Shown: piece after piece, positions 56,653 to 64,000 of the stretch
How the letters are laid out: each line of letters opens with the position of its first letter
Numbering within the stretch: the stretch's first letter is position 1
From: an uncultured Gemmatimonadaceae bacterium
Lineage (GTDB): Bacteria > Gemmatimonadota > Gemmatimonadetes > Gemmatimonadales > Gemmatimonadaceae
Direction of reading: 5' to 3'
Assembly (NCBI GenBank): GCA_963751275.1
Contig: CAVVTZ010000007.1
Location: forward strand, 544,001-608,000
Length of the DNA: 64,000 nt
Position numbers and translations under genes: made by a program
Notes under the pieces: model-generated
Seen by the model: the letters and a program-made list of their open reading frames with translations, nothing else
What the model was told of the DNA's origin: nothing
The model's database searches: none

Positions 56653-58626
56653 ATGATCCGACGCAAGCAGCCGTCGAAGCCGCAGCCCGCCGAGAGCCGT
56701 CGCGGCAGCGCACTGATCCTCGTGCTCCTGATGACCGTCACCCTCGCGGCGCTCGCGCTCTCCTCGTTGGTGCTCATGAGCAGCGGTGTGCTGGTGGGCG
56801 ACTACCTCGATCACGAGAACGACTTCCGCTATGCGGCTGAGGCGGCGCTCGCGATGGGCAAGGCGCAGCTCACGAAGGACACCACGATCGCGATGCCGGA
56901 CAGCGGGTACATCACGCTGATCTCCGGCGGCCAGATCATGGGAGCCGACGGCCTTCCCGTCCCGCGCGTGCACGTCAACGTCTACATCGGACCCTCGGGC
57001 AATACCTCGGGCCAGTTCGGCCAGTTCGCGAGCGTGGTCGCCGAGGCGTACGACGCGTCGGGCACGCGCTATGTGCGGCGGCTCGAGCTGCAAGCCGAGA
57101 ACTTCGCGCGCTTCGCGATGTTCACGAACATCTGGCCCGGCGTCTGCTACGCGACCGGCGAATTCATCCGCGGGCGCGGGCACAGCAATCAGAATTGGCA
57201 GTCGTGCGGCAGTCCCAATTATTACGACACCATCTCCGCGCACGGCACCGTGGGCGGCGGCGCGCCGATCTACCACAAGGGGAAGATCGACGGCGCGCCG
57301 TACATCGCGATCCCGCCCGTCACGAAGCTCGCGATCATCCACACGCGGGCCGTGGACGGGAACCTGGACATCATCTCGAACGGCACGAACTCCAACAACG
57401 TGCGCACGCGCCTCGAGTTCGTGCCGGTGGACCTGGACGGCAACGGCGACATCTTCGGCCCGAACGAGGGATTCTTCCGCGTTTACCAGGGGAACAGCTC
57501 GAACGATGTGCGCGCCGATCCGAGCGGCGCGCACGGCCCCGACGACCAGTGCGGCGACTGGCACATCGACTCCGTGGCCGTGCCGGCGCGCCTCACCTTC
57601 TGGCCGGTGTCGGTGCACAACAACGCGTGGATGGCGGCGCGCTTCGCGGGCGGCCCGCCCGCGGACATGTACGTGGGTGGGATCACCCAGGCGCAGCGCG
57701 ACGCGATCATGGCGAACCCCAATTTCCGCTGCTATCCGCGCGGCGATCCGCATCTCGTGGCGGTGGAGCGCCCGGCGAAACTCTCGAGCCCCGCGCCGGT
57801 TCCGGCCGATTGGCAGAAGGGCGGCGAGGACACGACCTTCACCGACAGCACCACCTTCGGCTACTGGCAGCGCTGGGGCGGCGCCACCGGCAGCGTGACG
57901 GCCGCGCTCTCCGCGATCCCGTCCACGTCGCCGTACGCCGGCTACCTGGAGCAGGACCAGTGGCTCTGGCCGCTCTATAAGAGCATCAATCCCGGATCGC
58001 ACGGCGCCATCCACGTGCACGGCCCGATCGCGCTGAGCGGCGTGCTGCGCGGCAAGGTCACGATCTATGCCCAGACCTTCGGCGGCCAGCACGGCGATGT
58101 CGTCTATATCGACGATCTCGTGTACGCGCAGGACCCGTCCACGGTGCTGTGCGCGAACCTGCTCGGCGTGCTCTCCGACGGGAACCAAATGATCGCGGAC
58201 AACGCGATCAACTCGCCGCAGCGGGCGGGCGGCGGCTGGCCGTACCGCTGGACCGACGGCGACGACAACGGGATGTTCACCTCGCACGACTTCGTCTTCC
58301 ACGGCGTGATGATGAGCCGCACGGGGACGATCGGCGTCGAGAATTACGGCTCGCACGCGGAGCATCTGCAGAACTGCGGTGTGGCCAACTCCGGGCGCGG
58401 CTGCATCCGGCAAGCCGGCGGAGTGATCCAGAACCAGATCTCCGCGACGTTCACGAACAGCGGCGACGGCTACGGCGAGAACCGCAGCGTGGACCAATGC
58501 ATGAACCAGGAATCGCCGCCATACTTCCCCGTGACCGGGCGCTACCTCGACAACCGGTTCTACGAGATGGATCCGGCGCGGTTCAACATCACCACCCTCT
58601 TCCAATCGCTGCAGTCGGGGTTCTAA
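56653..58626 (+). CDS. Large PilX-like pilin/adhesin, paralog 2
   Basis: RRG|SALILVLL (hydrophobic +5), FRYAAEAAL, large Cys-containing C-terminal domain. Confidence 0.85.
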   Translation: MIRRKQPSKPQPAESRRGSALILVLLMTVTLAALALSSLVLMSSGVLVGDYLDHENDFRYAAEAALAMGKAQLTKDTTIAMPDSGYITLISGGQIMGADGLPVPRVHVNVYIGPSGNTSGQFGQFASVVAEAYDASGTRYVRRLELQAENFARFAMFTNIWPGVCYATGEFIRGRGHSNQNWQSCGSPNYYDTISAHGTVGGGAPIYHKGKIDGAPYIAIPPVTKLAIIHTRAVDGNLDIISNGTNSNNVRTRLEFVPVDLDGNGDIFGPNEGFFRVYQGNSSNDVRADPSGAHGPDDQCGDWHIDSVAVPARLTFWPVSVHNNAWMAARFAGGPPADMYVGGITQAQRDAIMANPNFRCYPRGDPHLVAVERPAKLSSPAPVPADWQKGGEDTTFTDSTTFGYWQRWGGATGSVTAALSAIPSTSPYAGYLEQDQWLWPLYKSINPGSHGAIHVHGPIALSGVLRGKVTIYAQTFGGQHGDVVYIDDLVYAQDPSTVLCANLLGVLSDGNQMIADNAINSPQRAGGGWPYRWTDGDDNGMFTSHDFVFHGVMMSRTGTIGVENYGSHAEHLQNCGVANSGRGCIRQAGGVIQNQISATFTNSGDGYGENRSVDQCMNQESPPYFPVTGRYLDNRFYEMDPARFNITTLFQSLQSGF

Positions 58627-58650
58627 CCACGACTACCTGAAGGGCAACAA

Positions 58651-58712
58651 GGGATACGGCAAACGGGAAACGGGACGAACCACTCACTCCCGTTTCCCGT
58701 TTCCCGTTTCCC
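58651..58712. repeat. Inverted heptamer-repeat hairpin (GGGAAAC)n / (GTTTCCC)n, possible terminator
   Basis: GGGATACGGCAAACGGGAAACGGGA (58651-58675) pairs with TCCCGTTTCCCGTTTCCCGTTTCCC (58688-58712) with two mismatches. Confidence 0.75.
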
Positions 58713-58800
58713 CTCTTGTCGGTCGTAGTCGATAGGAGGGAGTGGCAGTCCGCCTGCCACTCAGGCATATTCCCCGGCCCCACCCTCATCGCCGCGGTCT

Positions 58801-59907
58801 ATGTCCGATTCCCAAGCAGCCCTCAAGAAGACCCCCTTCCACGCCATCCACGTCGCACTCGGCGCCAAGATGGTCCCCTTCGCGGGCTTCGAGATGCCCG
58901 TCCAGTATCCCACCGGGATCACCGTCGAGCACAAGACCGTGCGCGAGAGCTGCGGTGTGTTCGACGTCAGCCACATGGGCGAGTTCGAGATCACCGGCGA
59001 GGATCGCGTCGCATTCGTGAATCACGTGACCACGAACGACGTCGCCGCGCTCGCGATCGGCCAGGTGCATTACTCCACCATCCTGAACGAGCGCGGCACG
59101 ATCGAGGATGATTGCCTCGTCTATCGCGCGGCCGACCGCATCGTGATGGTCGTCAACGCGTCGAACAGCGACAAGGATTTCGCGCACATCATGCAGTACG
59201 CGAAACCGTTCAAGGTCACGGTGAAGGACATCAGCGACGACATCGCGCTGCTCGCGGTGCAGGGACCCAAGGCCGCCGCGATCCTCCAGCCGCTCACGAA
59301 AACGGATCTCTCCGCGATCAAATACTATCATTTCGAGGAGGGCGAGGTCGGCGGCGTCAAGGCGATCATCTCACGCACCGGCTACACCGGCGAAGATGGC
59401 TTCGAGCTCTACCACGCCGCGAAAGATGGCCTCCGCCTCTGGAAGGTCCTCATGGACACCAAGGCCATCACCCCCGTCGGACTCGGCTGCCGCGATTCCC
59501 TGCGCCTCGAGATGGGCATGGCGCTCTACGGCAACGACATCGACAGCGGCGTCACCCCCCTCGAAGCCAACCTCGGCTGGCTGGTCAAACTCAAGAAAGG
59601 CGACTTCGTGGGACGGAATGCGCTCGTCGCGCAGAAAGAAGCTGGCATTCCGAAGAAATTGATCGGGTTCACGAGCGAAGAACGCGCCTTCCCGCGCCAT
59701 GGGTATCCGGTGTTCGTGAACGGAGCGCCCAGCGGCGAAGTGCGCAGCGGCACGCTCAGCCCGAGCCTCGGCATCCCGATAGGCACCGCCTACGTGCCCA
59801 CTGCGTTCGCGAAGGAGGGGCAGCCGATCGAGATCGAGATCCGCGGCAAGCGCGTGAAGGGGTCCGTGGTCAAGCTCCCCTTCTATCAGCACGGCTCGCA
59901 CCTCTAG
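58801..59907 (+). CDS. gcvT: Glycine cleavage system aminomethyltransferase T
   Basis: FAGFEMPVQY, FDVSHMGE, SRTGYTGEDGFE, GLGCRDSLRLEMG, SGTLSPSL. Confidence 0.96.
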   Translation: MSDSQAALKKTPFHAIHVALGAKMVPFAGFEMPVQYPTGITVEHKTVRESCGVFDVSHMGEFEITGEDRVAFVNHVTTNDVAALAIGQVHYSTILNERGTIEDDCLVYRAADRIVMVVNASNSDKDFAHIMQYAKPFKVTVKDISDDIALLAVQGPKAAAILQPLTKTDLSAIKYYHFEEGEVGGVKAIISRTGYTGEDGFELYHAAKDGLRLWKVLMDTKAITPVGLGCRDSLRLEMGMALYGNDIDSGVTPLEANLGWLVKLKKGDFVGRNALVAQKEAGIPKKLIGFTSEERAFPRHGYPVFVNGAPSGEVRSGTLSPSLGIPIGTAYVPTAFAKEGQPIEIEIRGKRVKGSVVKLPFYQHGSHL

Positions 59908-59934
59908 AAGGCCCGCGGAGCCCGGGGCAGTGCC

Positions 59935-60416
59935 GTGAGGATCGCCATCCTGACCGTCTCTGACGCCGGTGCGCGCGGCGAACGCACCGACCTCTCGGGC
60001 GACGCGATCGCCGCATGGGCGAAGACGCACGGCCATCTGGTCGCCCAGCGCGCGCTCGTCGCCGATCGCACGGAGTTGATCGCGCCGCTCATCGCGCAAT
60101 GGTGCGATGACGATTCGGCCGATCTGGTGCTCACCACCGGCGGCACCGGGCTCTCGCCGCGCGACGTGACCCCCGAGGCGACGCGTGCCGTGGTCGAGCG
60201 CGAAGCGCCCGGCATCGCGGAGCGGCTGCGCATGAGCGTCATGGACAGATTCCCGCGCGCCGCGCTGTCGCGCGGGCTCGCGGGCGTGCGCGCGCGATCG
60301 CTCGTCGTGAACCTCCCGGGATCGCCATCGGGTGTGGCCGACGGACTCGCCGCGCTCGACGCCATCGTCGAGCACGCGGTGGCGATCGTGCGCGGCACGG
60401 CCACGGAGCACGCCAA

Positions 60417-60420
<4 letters not shown>
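59935..60420 (+). CDS. mog: Molybdopterin adenylyltransferase, MogA/MoaB family
   Basis: ILTVSD, DLSG, TTGGTGLSPRDVTPEAT, LSRG, NLPGSP. Confidence 0.92.
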
Positions 60421-61946
<1,526 letters not shown>

Positions 61947-62083
61947 CTTGATTTTCTAATCTTTTGCGGGGATATTCGGCTGGGCAGAATCGTAGGGTGT
62001 TCGGTGCATTTTGTGCCAGTTGACATCGAATCATTGCAGGCGCAATCAATAGTGTCGGTTGGTCACCTTTTGCTCCGGAACGC

Positions 62084-62818
62084 ATGGCTCTGAACGTGCC
62101 CGGCCACTCGTCGCACTCACCGATCGCGGGCAGTGTACTGCCGATCAAGCGCGCCGAGGATCTGTTGCTGACGCTGCCGGGGGTGCTGTCGGCGCGGATC
62201 GTGGCGGCGGACGACGGGGCGGTGAGCGAGATCCATTTGCTCACGAGCGCCGAAGTGAATCCGAAGCAGACCGTGCGGAACGTGGAGAGTGCGCTGATCG
62301 CGCATTTGGGGATGAAGGTCGATCACCGGAAGATCTCGGTGGCGACCAGCGTGGATACGCAGCAGACGGCGGACGCGCGGAAGGAGAGCGTGGCGTCGGC
62401 CGCGGCGGTGGTGGCGGCGGCGACGCTGCCCAGCCGGATGCTCTATTTCGAGGACGTGGAGGTGCGGCGTTCACGGGTGCAGGGGGTCACCTGCCGTGTG
62501 ACGCTGAGGAAGGGCGAGAAGTCCTACATTGGAGAAGCCGAGGGGGCTGAGACCGAGCGGTCGCGCGCCGAGCTGGCTGCGCGAGCGGCACTTTTGGCTA
62601 TCGTGCAGGCGGAGCCGGACGCGCATTTCGTGGCGGTGGAAGGCTGCAAGATGTTCGAGGCGTTCGACGCCGAGCATGTGTTCGTGGGGATCGCGGCGCG
62701 CGACGGACGGGACCGGGTGCTGCTGACGGGGAGCTGCCAGGTGAAGGACAGTCCGGAGACCGCGAGTGTGTTGGCGGTGCTGGACGCGACGAACCGGTGG
62801 TTGGGCCGCGCGAAGTAG
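62084..62818 (+). CDS. Hypothetical two-domain protein; C-terminus resembles the LeuA allosteric domain
   Basis: Long ORF with host-like codon usage. EIHLL..PKQTVRNVES..VDHRKISVA N-terminal domain; C-terminal LTGSCQVKDSPETASVLAVLDATNR. Confidence 0.8.
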   Translation: MALNVPGHSSHSPIAGSVLPIKRAEDLLLTLPGVLSARIVAADDGAVSEIHLLTSAEVNPKQTVRNVESALIAHLGMKVDHRKISVATSVDTQQTADARKESVASAAAVVAAATLPSRMLYFEDVEVRRSRVQGVTCRVTLRKGEKSYIGEAEGAETERSRAELAARAALLAIVQAEPDAHFVAVEGCKMFEAFDAEHVFVGIAARDGRDRVLLTGSCQVKDSPETASVLAVLDATNRWLGRAK

Positions 62819-63116
62819 GGTAGGCCGCAGCGGCTGGAGTGATAGCAGGGGACGTGAACGCGTGGGGGCGTTTCGGCGCCGTCGCGCGATTGGTGTCCGC
62901 GGAAGAGCGGTAGGGATTGGAACTCAAACTTTGGTATAGATCACCAGCACCCTCACGAACGAAAAACTGAAACGAACCCCCGTTCTCGGCTAAGCAAGTT
63001 GGACAAGTAGTTAGCGAAGCTGAGCGGGCCAGACCAAGCAATTGAGCGGAGCCAACCTTATTGCATGTCACGACGAGCGTCGGGCATGACAAGACCTAAA
63101 GGGGGGTGACGCGACA

Positions 63117-63203
63117 ATGATGCATTTGCTGAAGGCTTGGGCGAAGCTCGCCAAGTTCATGAAGAACATTCCGGTTGATTTCGCCACGTTGAATTGGGGC
63201 TGA
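63117..63203 (+). CDS. Unannotated 28-aa peptide MMHLLKAWAKLAKFMKNIPVDFATLNWG
   Basis: Below the ORF-track length cutoff. Strong SD-like AAGGGGGGTGA just upstream, ATG at 63117, TGA at 63201-63203, 27 nt before the next gene. Confidence 0.7.
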   Translation: MMHLLKAWAKLAKFMKNIPVDFATLNWG

Positions 63204-63230
63204 AACCGGAGCGGGGGTTCCTCCTTAACT

Positions 63231-64000
63231 ATGCCGAAAAAGGTTCGGATCTACGTAGCCCTTACATTTCTTGCGGCCCTCGCGACGGGAGCCGTACTTC
63301 TTGGCATCGGATCACCGATCGAGGTTAAGGATCTCCAAGCAATCGTGGTTCTCGCGATTCTTGGTGTTAGCGCGGAGGCTTTGGCGCATAGCGCCCCCAG
63401 CGGCGCCACCGAATCAATCGCGTATATCCCCTACGTTACAATGGCGGTGCTGGTACCAAGCTGGCCTTCGGCGCTCGCAATTGGAGCCGCTTCTGGATTC
63501 GGCTCGTTGTTGCGTGGTTCTGGTGGGCTAAAGCCGATCTTTAATTTCTCGCAGGCCAGCCTTTCTGCAGGCCTCGCAGCAATCGCATTTCTACTGACGG
63601 GTGGGCACTCCCTTCTGGGGACTTCGTCGGCTGGGATCGGCTTCTCTTGGCTAATGTTGCTCGCTGTATTCGCGGCGTCGATGGCGTACGTGTTGGTAAA
63701 TACCGCTGTCGTTTCAGGGGTGATTGCTGTAAGTGAGGACCGAAACTTCGTCATGGTGTGGCGTACGACCGCGCTGCGTAGCGTGTTGTACGACGTTGTG
63801 GCCAGCCCAGTGGTCTACCTGCTCTCTTGGCTCTATGCAAGCTTTGGGATTCTTGGCGCAATAGCATTCGCGGCGCCCCTGTTGGTCCTTCGCGAGATTT
63901 ATAAGACGAATCGCCAGCTCGAGCGCGTCAACCATGAGCTCCTCGAACTCATGGTCAAAGCAATTGAAGCGCGCGACCCGTATACCTCAGGTCATTCGAG
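63231..64000 (+). CDS. Membrane-anchored HD-GYP-type phosphohydrolase; runs off the window end
   Basis: Not in the ORF track. Translated by hand: MPKKVRIYVALTFLAALATG, about 7 TM segments including KPIFNFSQ and YVLVNTAVV, then a coiled coil and MVKAIEARDPYTSGHS, the classic start of an HD-GYP domain. Confidence 0.88.
   Translation, partial: MPKKVRIYVALTFLAALATGAVLLGIGSPIEVKDLQAIVVLAILGVSAEALAHSAPSGATESIAYIPYVTMAVLVPSWPSALAIGAASGFGSLLRGSGGLKPIFNFSQASLSAGLAAIAFLLTGGHSLLGTSSAGIGFSWLMLLAVFAASMAYVLVNTAVVSGVIAVSEDRNFVMVWRTTALRSVLYDVVASPVVYLLSWLYASFGILGAIAFAAPLLVLREIYKTNRQLERVNHELLELMVKAIEARDPYTSGHS

Noticed and set aside
57736..57750. RGD motif in PilX-like paralog 2 as an integrin-binding site
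   Set aside because: The tripeptide is common by chance in GC-rich genes, it is AGD in paralog 1, and nothing suggests an animal host.
63050..63065. AGCCAACCTTATTGCA as a sigma-54 promoter for the peptide gene
   Set aside because: The -12 TTGCA is good, but the invariant -24 GG is GC. It cannot be supported unless this is a base-call error.

Overview
GC-rich bacterial chromosome segment, probably from a Gemmatimonadota-like organism (inferred from gene order and style, not verified). Many single-base indels split essential genes (topA, aroC, aroK, hslV, pilM, pilR-like), which points to an unpolished long-read assembly rather than real pseudogenes. Contents in order: (1) 1-16.6 kb: an Ig-like lipoprotein, a quinone oxidoreductase, an OmpR-type two-component system, an esterase, a DUF3857/transglutaminase protein, a CPBP protease, a Ycf46-like AAA ATPase and an RDD-SpoIIM fusion converging on a DUF4129-DUF4350-MoxR-DUF58 operon, and a short mutY. 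(2) 16.8-22.9 kb: a GT-C/methyltransferase/GT2 cassette, arfB and a tlyC-like gene. (3) 23-40 kb: a type IVa pilus locus with pilS/pilR-like genes, a TMTC-like glycosyltransferase, a second sigma-54 two-component system, three minor pilins, pilMNOPQ and a large lipoprotein. (4) 40-51 kb: aroC-aroK, smg-topA-trmFO-xerC-hslVU bracketed by two long related palindromes, an outer-membrane protein and argF. (5) 51-58.6 kb: an AraC-like regulator divergent from a second minor-pilin operon with a candidate sigma-54 promoter, ending in two tandem giant PilX-like paralogs. (6) 58.8-64 kb: gcvT, mog, a pseudo-receiver sigma-54 activator, a LeuA-regulatory-like hypothetical, an unannotated 28-aa peptide ORF ending in NWG, and a lower-GC membrane-anchored HD-GYP protein. 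Best candidates for undescribed biology: the peptide/HD-GYP signalling module, the duplicated PilX-like tip proteins, and a possible protein O-glycosylation system (TMTC-like enzyme plus D-S/T-rich exported proteins). No rRNA, tRNA, CRISPR array or transposase was recognised.
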